Of a DNA stretch of 64,000 nucleotides, positions 39,601-53,613 are shown one piece after another. Source of the DNA: Saccostrea echinata (lineage: Eukaryota); the NCBI RefSeq assembly GCF_033153115.1, contig NW_026889761.1, positions 8,618,001 through 8,682,000 of the forward strand, read 5' to 3'. Positions within the stretch are counted from its first letter, which is position 1; each line of letters begins with the position of its first letter. The position numbers and the translations under genes were made by a program. The notes under the pieces are model-generated. The model saw only the letters and a list, made by a program, of their open reading frames with translations, was not told where the DNA came from and did not search any database.

Positions 39601-42600
39601 AGTATTATGCCCAGGCCTTGAATGGACACAGACCTGCTCCAATCAAGGTGAGATAACTCATTCAAAAGAAGCCTCTGTTTTCAAAATGCAAAAAAAAAAA
39701 AAAAAATTACTGTATATATTCTTTAGAATTTATCAAGAAAAGATGTAAGAAACAAGAATTTTTGATTTAGGTTTACTTTTGTGAGAAAAAGGTAAATGTT
39801 TGCATGGTTGTATTCCAGTAGTTAATATTTCCCAAGATATACATGTAGATGTATACTCTATCAATTTTCTATACAGAACTTTGAAGAAGAATGCTCTATC
39901 CTGCTTTTTATTTAAATTTATGGTTTATTCAGCATTATGAATAGAAAATATACAGTGATTACCTCAGTCTTGTGTAGAAATCCTTTTTTGTTTGCTATAC
40001 ATGTACGAGTACATGACATATAGTTTTAACATTCTGCATTGAATTTCCAGAAATGTTTCTATCTTTTTTTGTTAAAATGAAGACCTTTTTTGAGTAGAGG
40101 ACTTAGAGTTTCCATACATTAGATTACATAAAAGCTCTGTCTTGCTTCTCCTTACCAAGGTTGTTTAAAAAAACAAAATCCATGCTCTCTATACCCATAG
40201 TATATCCTCTTTATTTCCTAACCAATCAGCATTCTTGTCTCAAATGGAGTAAGCACATGGCTGCTGCCAAGCGACGGTTTGACCATCAACACTACAAGGT
40301 AGTCATGGAAACCTTTTCTGTCACTTTGTTCATTGATTGCTGAAAAAGATCCTTTTGCGATCACTTTTAGTTTCAAAACTAGAAAACGAGAAAACCCCAC
40401 AGACAGAAATTTTTCTGCCTCATGAGCATGATTCCTGTGGGTTAATTGATAAAAGCAATCACTGAATAAAACTTGACAGATACATGAGGTTTTCAGAATG
40501 ACAACTCTAATTGGACTTTTGATAGGCACTTGAATTTTTGTGAGTTTGCTAGTGAGGACACCAATTAATTGTTCTTGCAAAAGATTATGTGTGATCCAAT
40601 TTCCCTGTGTTATCTCTCATGTGTTTTCTCTTAGACCTTGCTAGATTCTGCCTTTACCTTTAATTGTCCCTTTTCCTAGCATATTTGCTACCACTTTGAA
40701 ATTGTGGAAGACCATAAAAAGTGTGATAAGTTTGTTGTGTTTTTTAAACTTTTCTAAACAATGAGGCAAAAAAAAAAATCCAATTGCCAAAATGTGGACA
40801 CATTACACCCTTATATACACATCTAAGTTTCATTAATGGCACACAATTTGTATGAAGTTATCTAACTTTATCATGATTTTCCTTGCGTTCTGAAGTTGAT
40901 GTATCACAGGTAAGGCTGTACATGTATTTATAAAGGCATGGCTTGAGGACTTGAGGCTGTGTACATGCACTGCATTTTTGAAGTTTTGTATATTATCTAA
41001 TGTGAAACTTTGTGCAAAATACAGGTAGTTTTTAATGTCCCTGATTCAAGACCAGTCACAGCACCAGCACAGGTAATGCAACCATCACCTGCTGTATCCA
41101 TGGTTACTATGACAGTGAAACCATGGAAACCAAACACCTTAGTAACCATTGACACTAAACCTATCTGTGTGTAGTTCTTAACAATGGTAGAGGGATATAC
41201 ATGTTAATACATAATTTGTTGTCAATTATAAATGGTGCATTTAACTTACTTGAAATAAATAATCATTTAGATAGGGTTTTCAGCAACCCTTTGCAGCTAA
41301 AGAATTCCTGTCTAATTGGTATAGTCATTGTAAAATATTGTATCTTTCTAAAAAATAATAATAATTCATGTGACATGTTGCTTAGTAAAGGGAGATAATT
41401 TTTTCAATTTATAACTAGGGTGAATGATGCTTTATAATGTGACCTTTTTAAAACTGTGATATTGGTTGGCTCTAATTTTGGTGAAGGTTATACATGTATT
41501 TAATAAAGTTCTTTAACACTTGTTGTCATAAAAACTGATCAATGTATTAATTCTTAAAAGTAATGCATTTTAAAAATAGGAATTTTTTTTTGCTGATAAT
41601 TGTTTGAAACTGTCATAATAAATTTGATTGTAGATTGCCACCAAGGCTTTCCGTGATCCCCTCTTATCTCAGGGCCGCGAGCGCAGTGCTGAGGAGAGAA
41701 CTATTCTAAGATGTATGACTGGGAACGATTACACCGATAAGGACATTGAACAGGTGAAGTTACCTCCCCTACCCCTGGTCCCACTCGGACGCCACGGTAC
41801 TGACAGTATCAGATGGCTGGAAATGCCTCTCCACAATATCGAGAGCACTCCACGGATGGCCAGCAGGTTAGTAGTCAGTCAAGCATGACAATTAGTGAAG
41901 TGTGTCAGGTTAAGGGGAGCTCACTTTGACGCAGATAACATTGCCGAGAGATGACCTTTGCTTTGGTTGTACTCCTTGATTGCTCTGTGATAATGTTCTG
42001 CATGACTGTCTTGTGTGCATGTACTAAAACTATGTAGGGCTTCTATGTGGAAAAATTAAAATATGTGTATATATATTAGGCACAAGAAATGACAAATCAT
42101 TACATTGTTTTATTACATAATATATTCTAGGGTACTAAAAATGAAAATTAGATTACATGTAGTTAAATATCAAAGTTAAATGTATTGTAACTGAAGAAAA
42201 TAATGATTGATATCATAAATATGCGATCGATATGCTAATGATAATTGGATGCATGAATCACAATGCAAATAAATTAAAATTCGACATAATGCATGATATA
42301 TGTAACTGACGATCTCTTGATTGATATAGAGGCAGAATGCATGCTTGGGGGAGTTTCAGTAAGTCTATAAATAGATCAGGGTAGTTAGGACAGCTTCTGT
42401 ATCACTGCAAGCTATATATAAATGTATCACTCTATAACATGTTCATCACATGATAACACACACATGTCACCTAGAATTAGCAAAACAGAAAATCATCAAT
42501 AAATGTTAATGTTGTTGTACATGTAGCCCATTAAAGTTTTTATTTGATCATTATAAGAAATATGTATCCCATTCTCTTTTCCTAGTTGCTATATCTTTAC

Positions 42601-44572
42601 AGATTTCTTCAGCCTTCATATTTATGCTCTCCCTTGAGTCATTATATACATATTTTGTTGCTTGATTAACTTACATATACAATTCTTTTGTTGCTAATTT
42701 TCATGTCCATTTATTTAGTACTGTCCCATTAAAGTTGAAAATGGTAAGTTACAGGAATTAGCCATAGTTTCTAGACCTGGTCTGGTTTATATTGTATGTT
42801 ATTGGAATTATTCAGAGTTACCTCCCTCCTCAGTTCCATCCTTTTATTTATTGTTTACTCCAGTTGTTTTTATTTTAATAAAATTCACTAACATTGGGCT
42901 AATTCTTTTTATCAATTTTATTTCCTGGATAATGAGTTAGTTTATAGTCAAGAACATTATGGGATAAATACATTAAAGATCTCTTTGTAATTTAGCCTTG
43001 ATTTAAGTTTTTGGATTCCTTTTCAAATTTTAGTAAAATGAATTTGTTTAATTGTGAATTTCAAAGTTTGTTCAGACCACAAAGAAGGATACCACAAGAA
43101 GTTAATTTTTACTCCCAGCATGTACTGAAATATTATCTGCATGATTAATTTGACTAGTACAATTTCCATTCCCAGTAATGTTTTCAGTAGCATATCCATA
43201 CTCATCTCCAATTATGCCATCGTAAAACAACAGATATAGAATTACTTTTTGAAAATAAGTAATACCTGTAATATTATATATAATAGAGACAGACCAAATG
43301 TGAACACATTGTGCTTAAGATGTAGATTTTATATGTACACTGGTTTTGGTAGTTATAATGAAGTTTATGTGTAGGATTTTTTTTTCTTTCAGTATTATTA
43401 TGCTTTGGTAATGAAATATGTGCATTTATGTTCATGATTCATATACCTTTTCTTTCATCTAGGTCAATGTTAATCATCATAAAACTGCAAAATTTGTAGC
43501 TATTGTTGAATAATTTCAAGAAAAAAAAGTTCAGTAAGAATTAGAAGACTGTTTAAATGCTCTTTATATATTAGAAATATCATTAGCCAGATAATTGCAA
43601 AAAATAAAAATAAATAAATACATAAAAAATAATAAATAAATAAATTATTTAGAATAAAAGTAAAATTTATTAAAACTAAATTTGTAGACTAAATATTCAA
43701 GACATATATCAAAGAAAAGAAATATTTGGACATATCGTTAGTAGCTACATGTAGTTGTGTCGCAGATGTCAAGAGGAAATTTTTTGCAGCATGAAATATA
43801 ATGTCTTTATTAATTAGATGTAATCAGGTGTATTCTAAATCTGTCTTCCCATGTATGGATCCTATAACTAAATTTACCTCTAATTAATACCATGCAGTCA
43901 ATTGTTAATGCATGATAATTTCCTGATTGTAATAACATTCCAGCATTCACAAAAAAGGCTTATTTGCTTCAACTAACTGACATTCATATTTTTTTTTTTC
44001 CTTTTTAAAAGAATATATAAATGAGAGGTTATTGACTTGATTAGAAACTTGAATAGAAAATGATAAATGATAGTGAGAATTCACATATTCTACCAAGACT
44101 CCTAAGATCTACATTATTAGATAAATTTCTGACAAATTGAAAATTCAACATAATGCATAATATTATGAATTCTTCTTTTTAATCATTCATTATCACAAAT
44201 CCTGCATTTCTTTACATCAAGGTAACGTTTCTAATGTCTAAGTACATGTGAATGTACTATATTATGATTTTTTTTTTTAACTTTTGTAGACGAAGAATGC
44301 ATGGCACATTCAATCAAAGCCAGTTAGATTTTGAGGAGTGGTCTAAGGCACAGAGGAACAGGGCCCAAGTTGAGGTGGAGATGCAAACACAGAAGAAACG
44401 AATGTACAAAGAAGTCCCCCCATTCAAAATCCCTCCCAGGGAAGTCCCTTCCTCATACTCAGAGCCCAAAAACATTGGAATTCAGACCATTCCCGAAGAA
44501 ATGGAGCAATTGACTCTCAAAAACTGGGTGCCATCTAATGACTCCACTTCTATACCTGTCGGGGCTTCATAG
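36601..44572 (+). CDS. FAM228B: FAM228-family protein (FAM228B-like), ~376 aa from 7 core exons
   Basis: Exons 36601-36708, 36825-36974, 38391-38468, 39080-39277, 39567-39647, 41634-41866, 44290-44572 (TAG), phase-consistent GT-AG. LDLRKREMLHKKWNDRVYEPLREKII and LEFVNQKGHVFLDTMDPAEY align with recalled human FAM228B [26 protein letters not shown] and [20 protein letters not shown]. A versus B orthology cannot be resolved. Confidence 0.85.
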
Positions 44573-45644
44573 GGGCTTCAACAGAAGAAAAATATTGCTT
44601 TTAAAATTTTTTTTAGAAGTGTTATATTTTCAAGTTTTAATAGATTTAAAAGTTGCATTTAGGGAGGAATATGTGCCTTTTGAAATAACTGCATGTGCCT
44701 GACATTTTGCGATGCTATATTTATGTCTAAAGTTCATTATTAAGATGTTAAATAATACTAGCATCTGTGATACACATCAGATTATTGTTATCATTTTTTT
44801 TTAAAAAAAGATTTTTATTCTTTAAGAAAAATCGTTAATATTGAATACATTTATTAATTGAACATTTCACTCTTGGACAATTTAATATTACCGAGAATTA
44901 TTAGTATATTATTTGGAAGAGATTTTTAAGTCTTTATTGTTTACAGGGTTGTATATATTTGAGTGCCTATAGACATTCCAGCCTTATTTTTTTTTTAGAT
45001 GTCAACAAGTCTATGTTAGACAAAACTAAAATTTTAGTGGATTTCTGTGTGTCCATTTTATTTACTGTACAATCTTTGACATACATATCAATTTTTGAAT
45101 TTTCTTATTTTTCATCTTGAACAATGAAATTTTGGAGCATTTATATATTTCCAATTCAATTCAGACATTTTTTTCATGTGTGAATGTAAGGTTAGTTTCT
45201 GTTGTAAAGATTTTTATACAAAATAGAAAATTCTTTGTGTGATATTTGTATCCCATACTGTAATGGTGGTGCTACCCACTAGTCATCTATATATACAGAA
45301 GTGCCTGCACCCCGTGTGTGTTTTATCATTTCTGTTGGATTGTATATTCTTAAAATTTTGTATTATTTTATAGACCAGAACTGCACTTTTTACATGAACA
45401 TTTTCACATAGAAATTAAATTATGAAACACTTTGTTTTTATTTACTTGCCGTATGGTGAAGTTTCACCATTAACTCCATGTCTACCTGGACTCTTCACAA
45501 GATGTGCTCAAAATCAGTCATAAATTTCTTGTCAAGGATTGATTCCTTATTCAACTAGACACTGTTTAAATGGTAACCATCTCAAAGGGCCCCACATTTA
45601 GACATGGATATGAGGATGAAGGGGCTTGTAAAGTACTGTATTTA

Positions 45645-46550
45645 GAGTTGACCTTGACCTTTGACTTAACTTTTACCCATGGGCACACTGGGTGAGATAT
45701 GAGCCAGATGGTGCCAAGGGGAGAGAAAATATGCTCATTACAAGTATTTCACACAGAAACCTATTTTGACCTTGACCTTTGATAAAAAAAAATTGTGTAA
45801 GGTTATTGCACAACCTCAAACCATGAGCACTCTATGAGTGAAGAAAGAGCCAGGAAGGGGAAAAAATGAAAGTATGCCCCAGACAAGGATTTCTAAGGGA
45901 GATCTTCTTTGACCTTGATTATTAAAGAATTTAGTTTAAGTTCACTACACACCCTTAACCCATGGGTATTCTTTGGGTAAAGTATGAGCCAGACAGGTTG
46001 AGGGGAATGAAAATATGTTTCAGTTTTTCACAGAGATCTTTTTTACCTTGAATTTTGCTCTATAAAATTGGCTCAAGGTCACTGCACATCATCCACCCAT
46101 GGACACTCTAGGGTAAAAAATGAACAAGACTGGGTGAAGGGGAGAAAAAAATTGTTTTGAACAAGGAATTTAAATTAAAAGAGATTTTAAAAAAAAAAAA
46201 AAAAAAAAATACTGATGTTTAAGAGAACTGCATCAAGGTCACTACACATCCTTTACCCATCAGCACTTTATGCTTAAAGTATGAGGAAGATGGAGCAAAA
46301 CAGAAAATTTGCTCTAAACACAGTTTACACGCAGACACTTAAGGTGTCAAGTTTGAGATTAGGTGGAAAGAAAATAAGCGCTGGACAAGGATTTTACATA
46401 AAAATGTTTACTTTGATCTCCCTACAATCATGCTATAGATTAAGTTTGAGATAGATTGGACCAGAAGAGAGAAAATATATTCTGGATAAGTGATATTGGA
46501 TGGACTAACAAAATGATCACTATATGGCACTCACAGATCAGATCCCTAAC
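45645..46550. repeat. Degenerate tandem array (~120-140 bp unit), old Helentron-like element
   Basis: Repeated TGACCTTGA, AAGGTCACT.CACA, ACCCATGG.CACT and AAGTATGAGCCAGA blocks. Confidence 0.65.
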
Positions 46551-47050
46551 AAAGTTTTACGTGATTTGTGTTTCTATCCCACCGATTCTCACTCTGAGCT
46601 TCTAATGTGGCTCCTGCCTTGCACACTAACCTTGGATGTGAACTGTGTTCAATACAATCATGTGATCCAGTCTAAAATTCCTTCAAATATTGTTTCTTTG
46701 AAGTCATAGTTACTTTGTGGGCATGTCCAACACAAGGTTTTGCTTTCAAATACTTCTAACAGAAGGTTGTAATCAAATGTTAATCAATATACAAGAATGT
46801 ATTAGACAAGAAAGGAGACTTTTTTGGTGAACTTTATGCAGTACGAAATATAAAATGATTATAGGCAGTTCCGATGGAAAAATGCACTGATTTGATGCAT
46901 ACTCCTTCACCAATCACATCCGAGGTTTGTATGGAGCAAAGCGGAGTTAGCCGAGGATTACCAATTGACTTATTCTAGAAAAGAGGATTTAAAAACCATG
47001 TTTTCATTATTCTCTTCCCAAGGAATAGGACTGGCCCTTCACTTACACAA

Positions 47051-47090
<40 letters not shown>

Positions 47091-47149
47091 CCCAAAACTC
47101 AACAATGCAACACGTACTGAATGGCACAGTGTATTTTAAATACACAGTA

Positions 47150-48372
47150 TAATTCAAAAAGGGGCATTACTTGCAAAAAATCATCACATCAAAACTTCTT
47201 GCATATAACGACATTCAAATCTTTGTATGTTACAAATTTAATTGGGCTGAAGTTTCTAGATAAATAATGGATCAAAATTTTTTGGTAATATACAAATCTA
47301 TACATTATGTCTGAAATACCTACAAAGTTTCAGGAAATTCAGTGCAGGAGTTATGCTGACAAACTGTTATTTAAATTCCTCAGTGATTTCGATTTGTTAA
47401 TGAGTGAAAGTCCATGTCCAACACATGACAACTTACACATTTAAATAATTGATGGAAACAAAATTATTCAAGATTTTGTGTGTGTTAAATCATTAATATT
47501 TTGATCTCAAAATCAATAGGGGTCTTTTAAGGTCATAAAATATTTCACATAAAATGTCATTACAAAGGCTGATTCCAGTGGATTATCTTATTACCTAGCT
47601 GGAAAGTTTCTTCAATAAGAGGCAAAACTCTTAGGGCAAAAATAATGGAATCTGAATTTCTTGGTAATATGCACATCTACACACTGTGTCCTAAATATCT
47701 GCAAAGTTTGACGAAATTCTGTGCAGCGGTTTAGGAGGAGTTGCGCTGACAAACTGTTCATCTCTATATTCAAGAAATGGCCAAAAATCTAAGTTGAAAA
47801 GTGCCGAAATTCCCAGAAAAAATAATGGAATCGGAATTTCCTGGTAATATGCACATCTACACATTGTGTCCTAATATCTGCAAAGTTTGACGAAATTCTG
47901 TGCAGCGGTTTAGGAGGAGTTGCGCTGACAAACTGTTCATCTCTATATTCAAGAAATGGCCAAAAATCTAAGTTGAAAAGTGCCGAAATTCCAAGAAAAA
48001 ATAACGGAATCGGAATTTCCTGATATTATGCACATCTACACATTGTGTCCTAAATATCTGCAAAGTTTGACGAAATTCTGTGCAGCGGTTTAGGAGGAGT
48101 TGCGCTGACAAACTGTTCATCTCTATATTCAAGATATGGCCAAAAATCTAAGTTGAAAAGTGCCGAAATTCCCAGAAAAAATAATGGAATCGGAATTTCC
48201 TGGTAATATGCACATCTACACATTGTGTCCTAAATATCTGCAAAGTTTGACGAAATTCTGTGCAGCGGTTTAGGAGGAGTTGCGCTGACAAAAAAACAAG
48301 ACTGACGGACTGACTGACTGACGGATGGGTCAAAAACATTATACCCCCCGCAACTAGTTGCGTGGGGTATAA
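47150..48372 (-). mobile_element. Helentron-like element with a young ~180 bp tandem array (~3.6 near-identical copies)
   Basis: Units start near 47641, 47821, 48000, 48180; GACT/GACG microsatellite 48300-48326; terminal hairpin TTATACCCCCCGCAACTAGTTGCGTGGGGTATAA; one diverged unit near 47260-47370. Left boundary uncertain. Confidence 0.8.
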
Positions 48373-49470
48373 TAACAATCACCTTTGCACAAAGATGCTT
48401 AATGCCAAGTTTAGCTGAAACTGGCACAGTGGTTCTGGAGAATTTTCTAGTTATTACAGATGCACAATATTCAACCTCACAACTTTTGGCTCAAGCTAAA
48501 TACATGTATAAAAACAAACTAAATCCAGTATAGATATTACAGAATTTAATCTCAAAAAAATATAAAATAAATTTGCCACATAATTTATCACAGAGGATGC
48601 ATGTACTTTGTATTCTGCTTGCATAATGTTCCACATCACGAAGTTTCTTCTATATATCAAAAAATAAAATTGGTTCATATCACCTTACTAAAAAAAAAAT
48701 GCTTAGACCCTTTATTTTTTTAAAATAATGCTTTTCAGCAAATATACTTTCTTCAGTAATAACATTTTTTCTTCTATCTTCAAGTTTATCATATATGAAA
48801 AATTTCAACTAATTTCAATTACACTATGATTATTTAAAAATGTTGCAACAATTAACATGTACAGTATAACTTGTTTGTAGCATTTTTTCTTATTTTTAAA
48901 CATGCAAATATACACATAATCATACCCAAACTCAAAAATATATTTCCTGAGAAATGGATTATATGACTTCATAAAACAAATCATGGATTGCATCATATAC
49001 AAAAATAAAAAAAATACATATGGTATATGTATCCAAATAACTATTAAATTATACATGCATGACTCTCAAAGAATGGACCAGCACAAAACAAAGTTCTAAT
49101 ACAGGAAGATGGACAAATTAAAAAAAAGAATCAAACATTACAGGATAGAATGGAAACATCTGTGATCATATCCAGAAAACACAAACATTCAATACAAACA
49201 TAAAAACTTTCACACATGTACACCTGTTATATCACCAAGAAAACAAAAATTCATTCTTGCACCAACTTTTTTGTTCTGAAGATCTTAATAGTCATGATTG
49301 AAAAGTTGTAATTTGATTTTTTTCCCATATTTGGAAATGACGTTGGAAATTTCTATAGTTCATACATGAACAATACTGGTTAAATTATAAATGGATTTTG
49401 ATGTACCATAACAAAATCGCACCATTTCAATCAAACATTTGAGCAGTTCTGTAGACATGACACTCTAGCA

Positions 49471-51151
49471 TCAACTTTTGTGTAGCACTGTATCTCTGGT
49501 AAGGTTGGTATATCTCATGTCATAATCCGGCCAGAAATCTGGGGCGATTTTAGCTGCATCTTTATACAATGGCTCCAAAAGCTTTCTATTCATCAAACTA
49601 AACCTGTCAAGTAAGATCCATTAGAAGTTAATAAAATGTTATATTATATGTAATTCAACTGTTAAGTAGCAACAGTTCTAAGGATGGAAGAAGAGTCCAA
49701 GAACCACAAAAAATAGAGTATTCAAAACTGTCATTGGGGACTAAGGATAATAATCCATAAAATAAGTCAACAGGTTACATAGAGCACCTGTCTTAATAAC
49801 CAGAACTTTACAAATGAAAGCTGACTGGTTATACAGTGAATCAAGGATCTCTTTATTTTATACCTTAGGTGACTTAATTAATACAGTAATGCACAATCCT
49901 TACCTATTTCCTGTAACTCTGAGTAAAAATGTCCAATATGCTGGTCTTAAATTATGTGGCTCAAGAACAGCCTGCGAAAAAAAAAATAAAATAAAAAAAC
50001 AAGAGGCCCATGGGCCACAACGCTCACCTGAGTAACTTTGGCCCTGCTGTTCTTCACCAGACTTTCCCCCATGTAATACACCTATTGTGGTCCCATCCTA
50101 TCCCAGGGGTCATGATTTTAACAATTTAGAATCTACACTACCCCAGGATACTTCTACATTAGTTTCAGCTTTTCTGGCCCAGTGTTTCTTGAGAAGAAGA
50201 TTTTTAAAGATTTTTTCTATATATTTCAATGTAAAACTTGGATTCCCTATTGTGGCCCCGCCCTACCCCCGGGGGTCATGCTTTTAACAATTTATATCTA
50301 CACTACCCCAGGATACTTCTACATTAGTTTCAGCTTTTCTGGCCCTGTGGTTCTTGAGAAGAAGATTTTTAAAGATTGTTTCTATATATTTCAATGTAAA
50401 ACTTGGATTCCCTATTGTGGCCCCGCCCTACCCCCAGGAATCATGATTTTAACAATTTAGAATCTACACTACCCCAAGATGCTTCCACATTAGTTTCAGC
50501 TTTTCTGGCCCAGTGGTTCTTGAGAAGAAGATTTTTAAAGATTTTTTCTATAAATTTCAATGTAAAACTTGGATTCCCTATTGTGGCCCCGCCCTACCCC
50601 CAGGAATCATGATTTTAACAATTTAGAATCTACACTACCCCAAGATGCTTCCACATTAGTTTCAGCTTTTCTGGCCCAATGGTTCTTGAGAAGATTTTTA
50701 AAGATTTTTTCTACATATTTCAATGTAAAACTTGGATTCCCTATTGTGGCCCCGCCCTACCCCCGGGGTCATGATTTTAAAAATTTAGAATCTACACTAC
50801 TCCAGGATGCTTCCACATTAGTTTCAGCTTTTCTGGTCCTGTGGTTCTTGAGAAGAAGATTTTTAAAGATTTTTCCTATATATTTCTATGTAAAACATTG
50901 ATTCCACATTGTGGCCCTGCCCTACCCCCGGGGGTCATGATTTGAACAATTTAGAATCTACACTACCCCAGGATGCTTCCATATAAGTTTCAGCTTTACT
51001 GGCCCTGTGGTTCTTGAGAAGAAGATTTTTTAATGACCCCACCCTATTTTTGTCTTCTCTTGATTATCTCACCTTGTGAGGGGACTTGGCCCTTCATTTT
51101 AACAATTTAAATTCCCCTTCACCCAAGGATGCTTTGTACCAAGTTTGGTCA

Positions 51152-51182
<31 letters not shown>

Positions 51183-52377
51183 AAAATGTGAAAAGTTTAC
51201 AGACAGACGGACAGACAGACAGACGGACGACGGACAAAATGTGATCAGAAAAGCTCACTTGAACCTTCGGCTCAGGTGAGCTAATAAATAACTTTTTTTT
51301 TTTTTCAAATTTTCTAACAAATAAAATCAAATAAACAATCAAGAAAAGCAAATTCAAGCTTTGCAATTAACCTCTCTTTTTCATGCACCCTGCACACATA
51401 TAGAGGTGAATTACTACTTTACAGGCTCTTGACGTTACATATTCTTCTTATAAAAAAAGTTAATCCAATACTATAAGGTATGGGGTTAATTTTTTTATAT
51501 TAGAAAAATATGTTATGTCAGGTGCCTGTGAATTATACATAAGTATAGCTAATAAGTGTTACTTTTCTCAAACAAATTGTACCAACAGTTTTATACTGAA
51601 ACTCTTTTTTTCTAATTCAACATGATACTTACTACGTGAAAGACAAAAGCGGTTGATATGGAATAAATAATGATGTCAGCACATCGTATATAAGGAAATA
51701 GCCCTCTACTGATACCCTTGAAATACAGCACCTAAAAAAAATAAAAAGACCTCTCAAAAATGTCCATTCCAGTTGATGCCCCCGTATGGCAGCTTATGGC
51801 GAAGGTTAAAGTTTCTCAAATGCAAGTCAAAATCTAGGCCAAAAGATAAAAGATGTTGATACCCAAAGAAAGGTCTTGTCTTGAGGAATATACCTGTGAA
51901 ATTTGATAGCCCTAACTGCAACTGTTTAAAAGTTATGGCGAAGGTTGAAGTTTTTTAAAAGTAAGTAAAACGTCAAGGTCAAGGTGAAGTTGTTGGTATC
52001 CAAACGAAGGTCTTGTCACAAGGATTACTTATGTGAAGTATGAAAGTCCTAGCACCAACCATTCAAAAGTTATGGCCAAGGTTAAAGTTTTTCGAAAGTA
52101 GGTCAAACTCCTATGTCAAGGTCAAAGGGTCAAAGTGGTTGGTATCCAAAGGAAGGTGATGTCACAAGGATTACATATGTGAAGTATGAAATCCCTAGCA
52201 TTAACTGTTCAGATGTTATGGCCAAGGTTAAAGTTTTTCAAAAGTAGGTCAAACTCCTAGGTCAAGGTCAAAAAGGTTGATATCCAGAGGAAGGTCTTGT
52301 CACAAGGTATACACATGTGAAGTTTGAAACCCCAAGCACCAACTGTTCCAAAGTTATGGCCAAGGTTAAAGTTTTTC

Positions 52378-52408
<31 letters not shown>

Positions 52409-53582
52409 AAAGGTCAAAGTTGTTGGTATCCAAAGGAAGGCCTTGTCACAAAGAATACACAAGTGAAATTTGAAACCCCAAGCACCAACTGTTCAGAAGT
52501 TATGGCCAAGGTTATAGTCTCATAAAATTTTGCAAAAGTGGGTAAAACTCCAAGGCCAAGGTCAAAAGGTCAAATATGATGGTACCCAAAGAAAGGTCTT
52601 TCACAAGGAATACATATGTGAAATATGAAAGTCATAGCTCCAACCAATCAAAAGTTATGGGCAAGGTTAAAGTTGACAACAGACAAGCAGACAGACAGGA
52701 CAAAAACAATATACCCATGGGATCTTTCGATCTGGGGGCTTAAAAAAAATGCCCCTTAGACCTAAGATTCATGCAATGGCAGCTTCTTTGGACAAGCATA
52801 AAATGTATACATATAGAATAAAAATCTATCCCCATTTTTAATCCCATTTGCTTTCGTCCTCAGTGGTCTATCTTAAAATGGGGCAAACTCACTAATGCAT
52901 ATTGGCTAAAATTTCATGGGTGAAGATATGCCAATATGCAGTGTCAATCTGCATATGATCTATGATTTTGAAGTCAATAGCACATCAATATCTAAAAACT
53001 GACATCATCAGTATATTAAATCATTACTGGGTTTCTTTCAAAGGATATGCTTTGAAATAAGTTTTACATTTTACAATTTATCAATTCAGACAGAGATTTT
53101 TATGCCCCCGTATTGAAGATTCAGGGGTATATAGTTTTTGCCCTGTCTGTCTGTCTGTCTGTCTGTTTGTCCGCAAAAACATTAACATTGCCCATAACTT
53201 TTGATTGGTTGGAGCTACGGTTTTCATTTTTCACTTGTGTATTCCTTGTGACAAGACCTTTCTTTGGGTACAACCATATTTGACCTTTTGACCTTAAAGT
53301 TTGACCCAGTTTTGCAAAATTTTTCCCAACTTTAACCTTGGCCATAACTTTTGAACAATTGAAGCTTGGGGTTTCATACTATACATGTGTATTCCTTGTG
53401 GCAAGACCTTTCTTTGGGTAACACCATATTTGACATTTTGACCTTGACATTGGAGTTTGACCTACTTTTGAAAAATTTTAACATTGGCCATAACTTTTGA
53501 ACGGTTAGTGCTACGGCTTTCATACTTAGCATATGTAATCCTTGTAAAGACCTTCCCTTGGATACCAATAACTTTGTCCCTT

Positions 53583-53613
<31 letters not shown>

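Noticed and set aside
42719-42743. 25 nt candidate microexon with strong GTAAGT donor in FAM228 intron 6
   Set aside because: Shifts frame alone; the only complementing segment found (44222-44241) would leave an implausible 48 nt intron.
47641-48290. Regular repeats considered as a CRISPR-like array
   Set aside because: Units are contiguous and near-identical with no unique spacers; eukaryotic context, no cas genes.
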